NCBI GenBank assembly: GCA_049968255.1 | Contig: JBMFRB010000002.1 | Coordinates: 64,001 to 128,000 of the forward strand | Length of the DNA: 64,000 nucleotides | Reading direction: 5' to 3' | Source of the DNA: Candidatus Sumerlaeaceae bacterium | GTDB lineage: Bacteria; Sumerlaeota; Sumerlaeia; Sumerlaeales; Sumerlaeaceae | Part shown: positions 27,931 through 38,183 of the stretch, piece after piece | Layout: each line of letters starts with the position of its first letter | Numbering within the stretch: position 1 is the first letter of the stretch | Position numbers and translations under genes: made by a program | Notes under the pieces: generated by a model | Database searches by the model: none | Seen by the model: only the letters and a program-made list of their open reading frames with translations | What the model was told of the DNA's origin: nothing

Positions 27931-29241
27931 TCAGTTCAACGAATTTTGGCGATGACGCTCGAGACCAGGAAGCCGCAGTGCCAAGAAGAAAGCGAGGCAT
28001 GCGCACAGACTGCTCAATAAGTAAAGATTGCGCAGTGGTGAAGCAAATTCTGATGGAACAAAGTGTTCTACGTGTCGTTGGATGACATGAGCGAGCACTC
28101 CGCCTTTTACAATCAGCCCCCCCAGGACATTGCTGAGGAAGTTGGCGAGACCAAAATAAACGAGAGCAAAAAGAGTTTGAGCACTAGCCTTGAGGTGGCG
28201 CGGCGCATGGCTGTTGGCATAGCTCACCCCTGCGGCATAGAAAAGTCCAAAAGTAATGCAGTGTAGCAAAGACGTTAGCACAACAGCTTCAGCACTCTTT
28301 GCCTGCCACACCAGTAGCCACCGCACAGACTGGACCGCGGCGGAAAAGGCAATGAGTTTCGTCTCGCCAAATCGGGCAATGAAACGGCTGGCGAGGAAAA
28401 AAACAGGAAGTTCAAACATTGCCGCAAGCGAATACGAGGCGGAAATGACCCGCATGTCCGCGCCCAGCTCGACTATGAGGAATGATTGAAAAGAATAGCT
28501 CAATGAGTGGGCAATTTGATACACGCATGTTGTAAGGAGAAACCAACGCAATGTTGGTTGGCTCAGGAAGTAACGTTGAACCCGCCAAAAACCAATTTGA
28601 TGGTCAGCAGGGGCAGTTGCCTCCGGAAGGGATAAGAGCCACAGAGCCGCAATAACATTCACGGCACAATAGAAAGGGAAAATAAACTGCAGATTCCCGT
28701 TTGTCCATTTGTCTGCCACGATTCCCACAATCGTGTTGGCAATAATAAAACCGAGCGAAGCATAGGCCCGTACTGTGCCAAACCACCGCTCACTTCCTTT
28801 GTGCACGAAAAGCAGGCCATGCAGCAGTTGTACGTTTGGAGTGCTGAAAATCTGAAACGCGAAGAAAACGGCAAGAAGGAGACTCAAATCTTGCACTGTG
28901 CCCAGCATCCAGAAAAGCAGAGCAGAGATAAGGATGTTAGCGAAGAGGATGGCTTTCTTTGGGAAAAGGACATCGGCTACATAGCCCCAAGGTTGTTGGA
29001 AGAAGAGGATGGTCAGGCCGGACAGTGCTGTGAAAAAAGAGATCGTGCTGTCGTCGAGCCGCAAAGTGTTGCGCAGAAAAATCATAAAAAACGGAAACAA
29101 AATCCCAACTGGTGCATGGGAGAGAAAAAACATCATCCGAAAACGGCGTGCTGCTGGCAGTGAGGAATTCAACGCGTTGAGCTCCTGAAAAGAAAAGGCA
29201 CGTTTTGGTGAAACATGATCGGTAGTCCCTACCTCTGGCAT
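27931..29241 (-). CDS. MFS transporter (LacY/nucleoside permease-like)
   Basis: 12-TM pattern, QPWGYVAD, FGTVRAYASLGF, ELPVF, LHCITFG. Confidence 0.88.
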   Translation of the reverse strand: MPEVGTTDHVSPKRAFSFQELNALNSSLPAARRFRMMFFLSHAPVGILFPFFMIFLRNTLRLDDSTISFFTALSGLTILFFQQPWGYVADVLFPKKAILFANILISALLFWMLGTVQDLSLLLAVFFAFQIFSTPNVQLLHGLLFVHKGSERWFGTVRAYASLGFIIANTIVGIVADKWTNGNLQFIFPFYCAVNVIAALWLLSLPEATAPADHQIGFWRVQRYFLSQPTLRWFLLTTCVYQIAHSLSYSFQSFLIVELGADMRVISASYSLAAMFELPVFFLASRFIARFGETKLIAFSAAVQSVRWLLVWQAKSAEAVVLTSLLHCITFGLFYAAGVSYANSHAPRHLKASAQTLFALVYFGLANFLSNVLGGLIVKGGVLAHVIQRHVEHFVPSEFASPLRNLYLLSSLCACLAFFLALRLPGLERHRQNSLN

Positions 29242-29484
29242 GTGTCGAAACACGAACAAGCTCGCAATGTGAGCTGTTCGAAAAATCTACAAGGTTTATT
29301 CGCATGGCGAAGCGCAATGAGCATAGTAAGGTTGCGAACTGCTGCTAAAACTGTGTTTAGTCTAGCCAGAAAAGTGGTTGACCATCGAGCGGCATTGTGA
29401 TTGCCTCGACGTGTGATCGAGCGACTCATAGGCTGACTCAGTGCCAGAGAGTCCTACACTTGGATAAACGATGAGGTAGCAGCC

Positions 29485-31545
29485 ATGAAAACGGCGGGAA
29501 AAATCGAACTCCTTATAGGGGCCGCAATCAGTGTGGCAACAGTATTTGCTACCGGGCAGTATTCGCCAACTTCGCCAGGGACGGAGGGAGGGAACATCCC
29601 AGAGAAATTGCGGCAGACGATCGAGCAGCGAAGAAACCGCAGCGAAGCGCAGGTCACGCCACCGGGCCGGTCAAGCGAATCCCCGCAGATTCAGCAAGGT
29701 GGCCCTCGGTATCGGGCTGGAGATGAGTCGAGGAATGTAGAGAGTACCTCCCAGTGGCGCCGGAACGCGGAAAGCGGGTTGCGCTCACAAGGTCAAGCTG
29801 GCAGTGGCGAATCTCCGGCTGGCAGTGGAACGCCGGCCATTTTGCGGGAGCGGAAACGCGACCTTAGAGGCCCAAATCTCCCCACGGAATTGGGGCAGAG
29901 CGTGGGGGAAAGGCAGCAAAGTGAATCAAAGAAATCCCAGTTGCGCGAACGCTTGCGTTCCACTGGACCTACGGAGGGACAATCTGGAGAAACCCCGGAG
30001 AGCGTGCCTCAGGGAACAGCGAATATACGGGGAATCGAGAAAAAAGATATCCGGCGTGGCCGAGTGGAGTCGACACCGGCGTCTGGCGCTTCTCAAGGAT
30101 CACTTGTTGACGAGAAACGCCAACAGCTTCGTCAGCGGCTAGAACAGTTACACAAACAAGGCGAACAATCAGAGAAGCAGGCAACGGATGCCACGCCATC
30201 TGCTGGAACAGGCGGACGTACCGGGCGCCTTTCCGCTGAAGAATTGCGTAAAAAGCTCGAGGAAAAGCGAAAAGGTCAGTTGGGCCAGGGAGAGCAAATG
30301 CAGGGCACTCCCACACCTTCCGACGGCCAGCAGCAGGGACGCCTTTCGCGCGAAGAGCTCAAGCGCAAACTCGACGAGCAACGACGCGCACAGAAAGATC
30401 AGCAGCAGAGCGGGCAGCAAGGGACGCAGGCAGGGGCAGGTCAACAGCAGGGCGAACAGGGGACAAAACAGCTTGGCGAGCGGGGGCAACGGCTCACGCG
30501 TGACGAGCTGCGCCAACGACTTGAAGAGCTCCGCCAAAAGAAGACTGGTCAACAAACTCCCGCCACGGGAGAGCAAGAAAAAACCTCTGCGCTCGAAGAG
30601 CGTCGGCAGAAGCTCGAACAACTCCGTCAGAAGGCTGAAGAAAAGCGCAAGGGAGATTTGCGCGCGCAGCTCAAGCCAGAGGACCGGGAAAAACTGCGTG
30701 CACTTTATGAGCAGTCGAAAGGCAAAAGTCTTCGCGAACTTGCGCAGCAATTGCGTTCAGAGCAAGATCCCCAGAAAGGTGGTGTGGATCGCAAAGTCCT
30801 CGCTGCGAAATTGCAGGAACTTCGGCGATTCCAGGGAGAAGAGCGTGCAAAGCTCATTGGGGCTAACCTCGAAGAGCGAAAGGGTCAGTTAGACAGCAGT
30901 AGGGTTGCACGCCAGCAGTTCAGAGCAGAGGACATCCGCAAACGTTTTGGGGATGTCCAGGCGAAGCCACGGATCGAGCTGGCCAAGCAGGATTTGGAGC
31001 GCCTGAATCGCGGCGAAATCTTACCGTATTTACGCCCGCACGGTACTCATGGGTTAGTTTACCGCCCGCTGGAGCACGAGTGGCGTTATCGTCATGAACG
31101 CTGGTTCTGCCCGCCGCCGCCTCACCGTCGGGGATACGGGATTGACCTGGTCGGTTTCCACTGGGATTATTGGGACGGGCGCTATCGCTACGACCATCAT
31201 TGGGCTATCAACATCTTCATCAACATAGGACATCACCGCTATGATGGCTTCGACGGCGTGATTGTCGGTGGGCGTTACTTCTGCTACGGCTGGGGCTGGA
31301 TTGACGGCTGCATTGACTACGGCGATTGCCGTGTTTGGGTGCCAGGCTTCTGGGCTCCTTACACAGTGACCGAGTGCTGCGACTGTGAAGTGTGGGTGCC
31401 CCCGGTTTACGACTGGGTGTGGACAGGATGTTGCTGGGAGCAGGTTCTGGTGAGTGGCGGCTATTTTGTGCGTCAGCCGAGCGGCTGCCACACTGTGACG
31501 CGGTGGCGCTGGGTGCCAGGACATTTCGAATACTATCGGTGCTAG
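29485..31545 (+). CDS. Secreted hypothetical protein: low-complexity Q/E/R/K region plus Cys/Trp/Tyr/His-rich C-terminus
   Basis: GAGG RBS, signal peptide, 686-aa open frame, WVPG/WVPP repeats, downstream terminator. Confidence 0.8.
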   Translation: MKTAGKIELLIGAAISVATVFATGQYSPTSPGTEGGNIPEKLRQTIEQRRNRSEAQVTPPGRSSESPQIQQGGPRYRAGDESRNVESTSQWRRNAESGLRSQGQAGSGESPAGSGTPAILRERKRDLRGPNLPTELGQSVGERQQSESKKSQLRERLRSTGPTEGQSGETPESVPQGTANIRGIEKKDIRRGRVESTPASGASQGSLVDEKRQQLRQRLEQLHKQGEQSEKQATDATPSAGTGGRTGRLSAEELRKKLEEKRKGQLGQGEQMQGTPTPSDGQQQGRLSREELKRKLDEQRRAQKDQQQSGQQGTQAGAGQQQGEQGTKQLGERGQRLTRDELRQRLEELRQKKTGQQTPATGEQEKTSALEERRQKLEQLRQKAEEKRKGDLRAQLKPEDREKLRALYEQSKGKSLRELAQQLRSEQDPQKGGVDRKVLAAKLQELRRFQGEERAKLIGANLEERKGQLDSSRVARQQFRAEDIRKRFGDVQAKPRIELAKQDLERLNRGEILPYLRPHGTHGLVYRPLEHEWRYRHERWFCPPPPHRRGYGIDLVGFHWDYWDGRYRYDHHWAINIFINIGHHRYDGFDGVIVGGRYFCYGWGWIDGCIDYGDCRVWVPGFWAPYTVTECCDCEVWVPPVYDWVWTGCCWEQVLVSGGYFVRQPSGCHTVTRWRWVPGHFEYYRC

Positions 31546-31599
31546 GCGCAGCGAGCACCTAAAGAACTGCCACTCTTTCTCAGTCTCAGGTCGTTTTAC

Positions 31600-31642
31600 C
31601 CGCCGACGAGTTGGCCAATGAGCCCGTCGGCGGTTTCGTTTT
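31600..31642 (+). terminator. Intrinsic terminator
   Basis: Stem CCGCCGACG (31600-31608) / CGTCGGCGG (31625-31633) followed by TTTCGTTTT. Confidence 0.65.
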
Positions 31643-31740
31643 GACATGGGAAGGTAAGTCTCGTTGCTTTGCATAGAAGGGTAGTGAAACCGTCTCAACG
31701 CAGACATCCTTTGGATAAAAATGCTGGAGCGCTAGGGGCG

Positions 31741-34530
31741 ATGAAACTGTATCGAGAAATGCGTGGCGTGATTTTTTCCCTCGCGGTGCTGACCGGCAAC
31801 GGTGCGATGATGGTCCACGCTGCGCCGGATTCTTTGCTGCCGCATTCCTTGAGCAATGTAGCGCAAGTTGCGGCTGCGCGCACGTCTTCCGAGAGTTTTT
31901 CTTCACCCACGCTTGAAATGGCTTTGCAGATGTGGCGAATGTTCGTTTCGCGCGAGGCAGCTCGACTGGCGGCGCGCTGTGACGACTATCAGGAAGATCT
32001 GCAAACAACGCCAACGTTTTACCATGAGATACGTGATAGTCGCAACAGGGTGGTAAAACCAGCTCGGATTATCGAGCCAAGCGAGAAAAGCCTTGGCGTT
32101 CCCGTCCTCAAGGTTGGTGACGCGTTTGGCAGGCAACCGCGCGGCAGTCTCAGCGGCAAAATCGTTTTCTGTTCCGGAGGCCACGGTTGGACATGCGACG
32201 TGACCAGCACCAGCCTGTGGTATACGCAGCGCCCGCTGTCGTTTGGCATTGTCGAAGACTACGGCAACATTGATCAATTGAATCTGTTTGCCGACGTTGC
32301 CTGGCGTGCCGGCGCCACAATTATTCCCTTTCGTCCCCTTGGACATCAACCAATCGAGCGAGTTCTTGATAACGCGGATAAGTCACATGTGAAGTTTGAT
32401 GGGAACTGGTTTGATTCGCGCTCAGCGATTTACTACGGGACCGCTCATGACAAGGTGCCTTACCGCTTCGCAGTTGCCTCGACAACGGACACAGCACGCG
32501 CCGTGTATCGGCCGTTTTTGCCAAAGGCCGACTACTATCCCGTGTACTGTTGGGTTCGCGACGGTGCTGACCGTGTACCGCAGACCTATCGCATTTTTCA
32601 TGCGGGCGGTGTGACCGAAGTCCAGGTGGATCATCGTCGCGTTGGTAAGGGCTGGGTCTATTTGGGTGAGTACTATTTTAATCGCGGCTGGGATGGGTTT
32701 GTCGAAATCAGTAATGTTGTCTCAGATCCGTCTCTCGCAGACGGTCGGCATGTTGTGATTGCCGATGCCATTCGCTTTGGGAACGGCATGGGAGACGTCG
32801 ATCGTGGTGGAGGCGTCTCGGGTTATCCGCGCGAAGAGGAAGCTTCGCGATACTGGGTGGAACGTATGCTTCCGGTAGCAGCGCCGCCGATTTTCGATCC
32901 ATTTGAAGCTACGGACCAGGATAGTAATGTGGGATGCCCTCCGCGCATGAGTGCTTACATGAATCGTGAGAGCGAAGGAAGCTTCTTCGACCGCATTTAT
33001 GTGGGATTCCACACAAATGCGGTGGGTGGACGTGGTGCAGTCGGACTTTTTGAAAAGGACGAGGATAAACGCACCGACCATCAGGTGGAATTTGCGCAGT
33101 TAGTGGCCCAGCAGCTCAACGAAGATATGTCCACAACAAGATCCTTTTCATGGGCGGCGCCGTGGAATGTGCGGAAAAAGACAACCGATTCACATATTAA
33201 TTTCGGCGAAATCCGCCGCGATGCGCTCAATAACGAAATGTGCGCCACGATTCTCGAAGCTGCCTTCCATGACGAGCCGCTCGATGCGAGCCTGATCCGT
33301 GATCCACGTTTCCGCACAGTTGTGGCCGAGGCCACGACGAAAGCAATCCTTCGCTTCTTCAAATCGCAGAATGCTCTTGGCGGTGACGACAAAATTCCCC
33401 CACACCCGCCGCGGTTTTTAGTCGCGCAAGCGCAAACAAGTTCCAGTGTGTTGTTGAAATGGGAAGCCAGTGAGGATGACGCTCAGCGTTCGACGATGAG
33501 TTACCGTCTTTATCACTCGCCTGATGGTTTTGCCTTTGGTGCCATTGCGGACGTCGGACAAACAACTGGTATTGTGGTGGCGGGGCTTGAACCTGGCCTT
33601 TCGCACTATTTCCGTGTGGCCGCTTACGACGGCAGTGGAGAAAGCGCTCCATCGCGAGTGCTCGGAGCCCGTTCAACCGGAACGACGACCGCGAGTCGCC
33701 ATCTCGTTGTTTCGGCTTTCACGACGTTTAGCGAAGACGTTGTGCTCTCCCAAAGCGTTCCCGCGGGATTAGGCTCGCCTCTGCGGGGAGGCGGCGAATT
33801 TGTTCGGGTTATTCCAAGAAAAATGAATGCTGGCAATTATGTAGCCCATTGGGGCACGGCTCTCGCTGCTGTGGGAGGAGAGTTTGATTCGTGCGATATC
33901 GCTGCTTTGGGCTCGCTCGCTTTGTCTGCAACATCTTACACGTCTGTAATGATTGCGCTCGGCAAACAAAGCCCCAAAGAGAGCTCTTTCAATCCCGCGT
34001 TGCTTGAGAAACTTGATGATTTCCGTAAGCAGGGAGGGGCAATCGTCGTGAGTGGCACAAATGTAGCGCGATGCCTCCGTCCGCTCAAAAGCGCATCTGA
34101 GAGTAAGCCGTCAAAAAAAGCATTGAGTTTTTACTCGTGGTGTCCGGTGGCGACCACGGAGTCGCTCATTGTTAGGTCAGTAGTTGGTCAAGGCGCGACG
34201 GAGTTTGCATCGGCGGAGTTCACCCTCGATGGTGGTGAGGGGGACGCTTATCCTGCCACTGGTTGTGATGGATTGCATCTGGCAGGGAGCAAAGCCCTTC
34301 TTGTGTACAGCACGGGCGCTCGTGAAACCGCATTGCTTTATCTTCCGCGCACGGCAAGGGTTGGTTCTGCAGTCTTTGCGGGATTCCCGCTCGAGTGCAT
34401 TCAGCCGGCCACAGCGCGCAATGATGCATTTGCGCGCCTAATAAAGCTTCTTGGTGCAGCTGAGTCAAAGGGCCGCCCGGGGAAAACGACTTCTCAGAAA
34501 AAGACCAAGACATCGGCGACCCGGCAATGA
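31741..34530 (+). CDS. Secreted N-acetylmuramoyl-L-alanine amidase-like protein with inserted beta-sandwich and FN3 domains
   Basis: LSGKIVFCSGGHG, VED, FHTNA, LEAAFHD; insert with GWVYLGEY and ADAIRFG; FN3 (LKW..YRLY..GLEPG..YFRVAA..GES). Start uncertain. Confidence 0.75.
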   Translation: MKLYREMRGVIFSLAVLTGNGAMMVHAAPDSLLPHSLSNVAQVAAARTSSESFSSPTLEMALQMWRMFVSREAARLAARCDDYQEDLQTTPTFYHEIRDSRNRVVKPARIIEPSEKSLGVPVLKVGDAFGRQPRGSLSGKIVFCSGGHGWTCDVTSTSLWYTQRPLSFGIVEDYGNIDQLNLFADVAWRAGATIIPFRPLGHQPIERVLDNADKSHVKFDGNWFDSRSAIYYGTAHDKVPYRFAVASTTDTARAVYRPFLPKADYYPVYCWVRDGADRVPQTYRIFHAGGVTEVQVDHRRVGKGWVYLGEYYFNRGWDGFVEISNVVSDPSLADGRHVVIADAIRFGNGMGDVDRGGGVSGYPREEEASRYWVERMLPVAAPPIFDPFEATDQDSNVGCPPRMSAYMNRESEGSFFDRIYVGFHTNAVGGRGAVGLFEKDEDKRTDHQVEFAQLVAQQLNEDMSTTRSFSWAAPWNVRKKTTDSHINFGEIRRDALNNEMCATILEAAFHDEPLDASLIRDPRFRTVVAEATTKAILRFFKSQNALGGDDKIPPHPPRFLVAQAQTSSSVLLKWEASEDDAQRSTMSYRLYHSPDGFAFGAIADVGQTTGIVVAGLEPGLSHYFRVAAYDGSGESAPSRVLGARSTGTTTASRHLVVSAFTTFSEDVVLSQSVPAGLGSPLRGGGEFVRVIPRKMNAGNYVAHWGTALAAVGGEFDSCDIAALGSLALSATSYTSVMIALGKQSPKESSFNPALLEKLDDFRKQGGAIVVSGTNVARCLRPLKSASESKPSKKALSFYSWCPVATTESLIVRSVVGQGATEFASAEFTLDGGEGDAYPATGCDGLHLAGSKALLVYSTGARETALLYLPRTARVGSAVFAGFPLECIQPATARNDAFARLIKLLGAAESKGRPGKTTSQKKTKTSATRQ

Positions 34531-34559
34531 GGCGAACGTATGCTCCAGAGACGGTCAGT

Positions 34560-34853
34560 TCAAAAATCATCGTCGCTTAGACGAATGGGGTGGCGTAGCG
34601 GTCTAAGCAACACCACTTCCGATTTGCGAAAATAGATGTAATGATGAAACGGTGGGTCGTTGTCTTCGTTTCGGATGAGCACGGGCTCCTCAAATTCGCC
34701 CTGAGGTTCTAACCAGCGCACATGGTTGAGCCGGATAAACGCCTGCTCCGGCGCCGCGAAAAAGTCGTCGAGCGAACAGTCCAGCTCCCCAAACCACTCC
34801 TCTGCTTCATGTCCCATGCGAATAGTCACGCCGACCCAAGGCTTTTTTGTCAT
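34560..34853 (-). CDS. Small hypothetical protein
   Basis: GAGG RBS; fills the gap between genes on the opposite strand. Confidence 0.65.
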   Translation of the reverse strand: MTKKPWVGVTIRMGHEAEEWFGELDCSLDDFFAAPEQAFIRLNHVRWLEPQGEFEEPVLIRNEDNDPPFHHYIYFRKSEVVLLRPLRHPIRLSDDDF

Positions 34854-34974
34854 TGTATGTTCCTCACGAACCACAAGATGAGCTTTCCTCTTTCGATGTG
34901 AGTTGTCTTGCAGATTTCACACCAGCGGATGTAACCCAAGGTGAAACGGTTATTTCCCCTCGGAGCAGTTTGCG

Positions 34975-36558
34975 ATGGCACGAAAGTTCACCTGTGTCTT
35001 GGTTTTCGTCCTTTTCTCGTGGGCTACCCTCTCCTTCACCGCAGATTATCGGCTCAGCGACAAAGTGAAGTTCTGGAAGTTTGAAAATGGCTTTCAGGTC
35101 ATTTTTCTCCCGCGGGAAAACACGCCGTTTTTCTCCGCCGTCATTTACGTCAATGTGGGGGCCGTTGACGAATCAGTGGGGGAGTCCGGAATTGCCCATT
35201 TGCTTGAGCACATGGCTTTCAAGGGCACGCCATGGATCGGCACCCGCGACTGGAACGCCGAGCGCGAGAAACTCGTCGAGATCGAGCAATTAGCGCAAGA
35301 AATCCGGGCGCTAGAGAACAAGCACGGCAGCGACGCGGCAACGACATCGCTTTTCCGCCAATTTTCAGAGCTTCAAAAGCAATCCCAGAAATATGTTGTC
35401 CCCAACGAATACGACCGGCTAGTCACGCTTGCCGGCGGACAAGAGGTCAATGCGACCACGAGCAACGACTGCACAAACTATTTCATGACACTGCCGTCAA
35501 ACAAACTCGAGCTTTGGGCAATGCTTGAGAGCGAGCGCCTCCAATATCCGGCCTGGCGCGAGTTTTATAAGGAACGCGACGTGGTGGCCGAAGAGCGTCG
35601 CATGCGAATGGAAGACGACCCTGAGGGGCGACTTTACGAAGAGTTTATTGCCGCAGCTTTCAAGGCCCATCCGTATGGGACGCCCGTGATTGGTTGGATG
35701 TCGGATATCCTGAATCTCACAGTCTCCGATATGGTGTCTTTTTATCGCCGCTGGTATGTGCCGCAGAATATGGTGGCAGTTATCGTGGGCAATGTCAGCG
35801 AGGAAGAAGCGCGAGAGGTAACGAAAAAGTACTTTGGCACCTTACCACACCGGCCGTCGCCGTCGCGCTTAGCGACGCAAGAACCTCCTCAAACAGCGCT
35901 GCGGGAAGTAAAGCTGTCCGTTGATGCCCAGCCGCAGCTTGTCATGGGATGGCATAAGCCACCGCTGCCTTCCCGGGAGGCCACAGTTTTTGAAGTGCTG
36001 CAGTACGTTCTCACAGATAACGGGCGGTCGTCGCGTTTGTACAGCGAGCTTGTCAAGAAGCGTGGGCTGTGCGAATCCGTAGCTACCTTCACGGCGCCGG
36101 GGGAGAAGTATGGGAATCTTTTCTGCATTTGGGCCACGCCAAAAGCACCGCACACGCCGCAGGATGTGCAACGTGCAGTTTGGGAGGAACTTCACAAACT
36201 GCGAGAGAATGGGGTCACTACCGACGAGTTAGAAATGACGCTTGCGAAAGTTGATACCGCGCTGGTGCAAGAACTCGAGTCCAACCTTGGCTGTGCTCGC
36301 CGAGTGGGTTATTTTTACCTTATTACAGGTGATCCTACGTACCTCGACAAATACCGCGCAGAGATCCGCCGCGTGACAAGCGCTGATATTCAGCGCGTTG
36401 TCAACACATATCTCACGCGGGATCGCGCAACGATCGCCTCTGTCGAAAAGACCCTCCGCACGTTGCCCCCAGCTGACCGCGACGAACCCGAAAAACTTGA
36501 TCGGATTAAGAAGCAGCAACAGCGTGTGCATCCAGAACGAGGAGTCCACGGACGATGA
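34975..36558 (+). CDS. M16 family zinc peptidase, catalytic subunit
   Basis: Signal peptide, GIAHLLEHMAFKG (HxxEH), NATT, ERDVVAEERR, HPY..PVIG. Confidence 0.93.
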   Translation: MARKFTCVLVFVLFSWATLSFTADYRLSDKVKFWKFENGFQVIFLPRENTPFFSAVIYVNVGAVDESVGESGIAHLLEHMAFKGTPWIGTRDWNAEREKLVEIEQLAQEIRALENKHGSDAATTSLFRQFSELQKQSQKYVVPNEYDRLVTLAGGQEVNATTSNDCTNYFMTLPSNKLELWAMLESERLQYPAWREFYKERDVVAEERRMRMEDDPEGRLYEEFIAAAFKAHPYGTPVIGWMSDILNLTVSDMVSFYRRWYVPQNMVAVIVGNVSEEEAREVTKKYFGTLPHRPSPSRLATQEPPQTALREVKLSVDAQPQLVMGWHKPPLPSREATVFEVLQYVLTDNGRSSRLYSELVKKRGLCESVATFTAPGEKYGNLFCIWATPKAPHTPQDVQRAVWEELHKLRENGVTTDELEMTLAKVDTALVQELESNLGCARRVGYFYLITGDPTYLDKYRAEIRRVTSADIQRVVNTYLTRDRATIASVEKTLRTLPPADRDEPEKLDRIKKQQQRVHPERGVHGR

Positions 36559-38165
36559 AACAAATTTTCACTGACCTCTTCCCAAGCCTTACCAGAAAGC
36601 GCTCTTTTTTTTCCACGCTGCTCACCGTCTGCGCGGTCTTGATGACAGCGTTCGCAGTGAATGCGCGCGGAAGCGAGGGTACGTCCGCTCCTCTTGGGCT
36701 ACGCGAACGAATAGACAAGTTATTTCCTCCGCCGTTGGATGCCACAACGAGCGCTAGTGTGGAACGTGGTGGACTACGCCTCCCTGTGCGCCCAGAGCAG
36801 TTACCCGAGCAGCCATTCAAATTTGTGGTTCCTCGCGTCGAGCAAAGGCTGCTCTCCAACGGTACTAAGATTTTTTCATATTCGGCACCTCAGGCGCTCG
36901 GTTTTTATGCTGTGGCCATCATCGAGGCTGGGAGTGTTTGCGACCCACCTGAGAAACTTGGGCTTGCTGAAGTGACGGCGCTTGCGATGCGTTCTGGGGG
37001 AGCTGGCTCCTATTCGTCAGACGAACTAGATCGCCAACTCGATCGGCTCGGCGCGAGTCTAGCTGTGGACGTCCAGCGCGACTATGTCCGATTCACGCTT
37101 TTTTGTCTGCCCGAAAAGGCTCCCGAATCACTTCAGCTGCTAAGGTTCATCTTGATCGCCCCTCGTTTTGAGGTGGCGGCCGTGCAGCGCGAAAAGGCCC
37201 TTTTCAAAGAGCGTCTTGTGCGGGTCGAGGATGATCCAGCTGAGCTAAGTCGGCGGGAGTTCCGGAAGGTTGTTTACGGAACCACCCATCCTCTCGCCAG
37301 AACGCCGCGCATTTCAGACGTGGACAGGCTCTCCAGGGAAGATGTGCGAGCTTTCTATAAAAAATATTACGGTCCGTGGAGCACTCGGATCGGAATTGCT
37401 GCTCTCGACCCAAAATCATGCACAGGAGATAAGATTCAGCTTTTTGAACAGTGGCACGTGCCTGGACAAAAGCCAACAGTCAATCGCGGAACGGTGCCAG
37501 CTGACCTATCTCCCGCTTTTCAAGGACTATATGTTCTGCCTAAGGAGATTGAACAAGTTTACATTCGTATGGGGCACATTGGTCGCCCACGTGACCCCAA
37601 CGATCAACCTGTTGTGGATGTCCTCAACAATGTTTTTGGCACCGGTGGACTTACGAGCCGCCTTATGCAAAAGGTCAGGACGGAGTATGGTCTAGCTTAC
37701 GCTGTGGGGGGAGGAGTGTTTGAAGATAATCCTGCGGGCGTGTTTGCTGCGGTTGGCAGTACGAAAGCGCAGAGTGCCGCCGATGCTTTATCGATCATGC
37801 GCCAAGTAATTGAGGAACTCGCGAAGGTTCCGCCAACGAAGGAAGAGCTAGAAACTGCGAAGCGTGATGCCATGTTCGCATTTTCCAGTCGCTTTGCGTC
37901 ACCTCAAGAAACACTTGTGCAATACATGCTCGCCGATTTGTATGGTTATCCTCCTGACTATCTTTCCAACTACATGGCAAGAGTCGAACAGGTGACGGCA
38001 CACGATGTTCACGCTGCGGCGCAGCGTTATGTAAGGTCTGAGAAATTAGCGGTTCTCGTGCTTGGACGCGAAACAGTTACGGAATCCTTGTCAAAAAAAT
38101 TTGGAAAAGTGACCCCTTGGCAACAACCCAAGAGCAGCGAGTCCGCCAAGCAGCGTAAACGCTGA
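36555..38165 (+). CDS. M16 family peptidase, non-catalytic partner subunit
   Basis: M16 fold without HxxEH; SRLMQKVRTEYGLAY; 4-nt overlap with its partner. Confidence 0.9.
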   Translation: MKQIFTDLFPSLTRKRSFFSTLLTVCAVLMTAFAVNARGSEGTSAPLGLRERIDKLFPPPLDATTSASVERGGLRLPVRPEQLPEQPFKFVVPRVEQRLLSNGTKIFSYSAPQALGFYAVAIIEAGSVCDPPEKLGLAEVTALAMRSGGAGSYSSDELDRQLDRLGASLAVDVQRDYVRFTLFCLPEKAPESLQLLRFILIAPRFEVAAVQREKALFKERLVRVEDDPAELSRREFRKVVYGTTHPLARTPRISDVDRLSREDVRAFYKKYYGPWSTRIGIAALDPKSCTGDKIQLFEQWHVPGQKPTVNRGTVPADLSPAFQGLYVLPKEIEQVYIRMGHIGRPRDPNDQPVVDVLNNVFGTGGLTSRLMQKVRTEYGLAYAVGGGVFEDNPAGVFAAVGSTKAQSAADALSIMRQVIEELAKVPPTKEELETAKRDAMFAFSSRFASPQETLVQYMLADLYGYPPDYLSNYMARVEQVTAHDVHAAAQRYVRSEKLAVLVLGRETVTESLSKKFGKVTPWQQPKSSESAKQRKR

Positions 38166-38183
38166 AAGGAAAATCAGCAGATC

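Noticed and set aside
30100-30650. Repetitive CAG/GAG-rich DNA as a repeat array
   Set aside because: Explained by the low-complexity coding sequence; no fixed repeat-spacer pattern.
36555-38165. M16 gene lacking HxxEH as a pseudogene or novelty
   Set aside because: Active plus inactive heterodimer pairs are the normal M16B arrangement.
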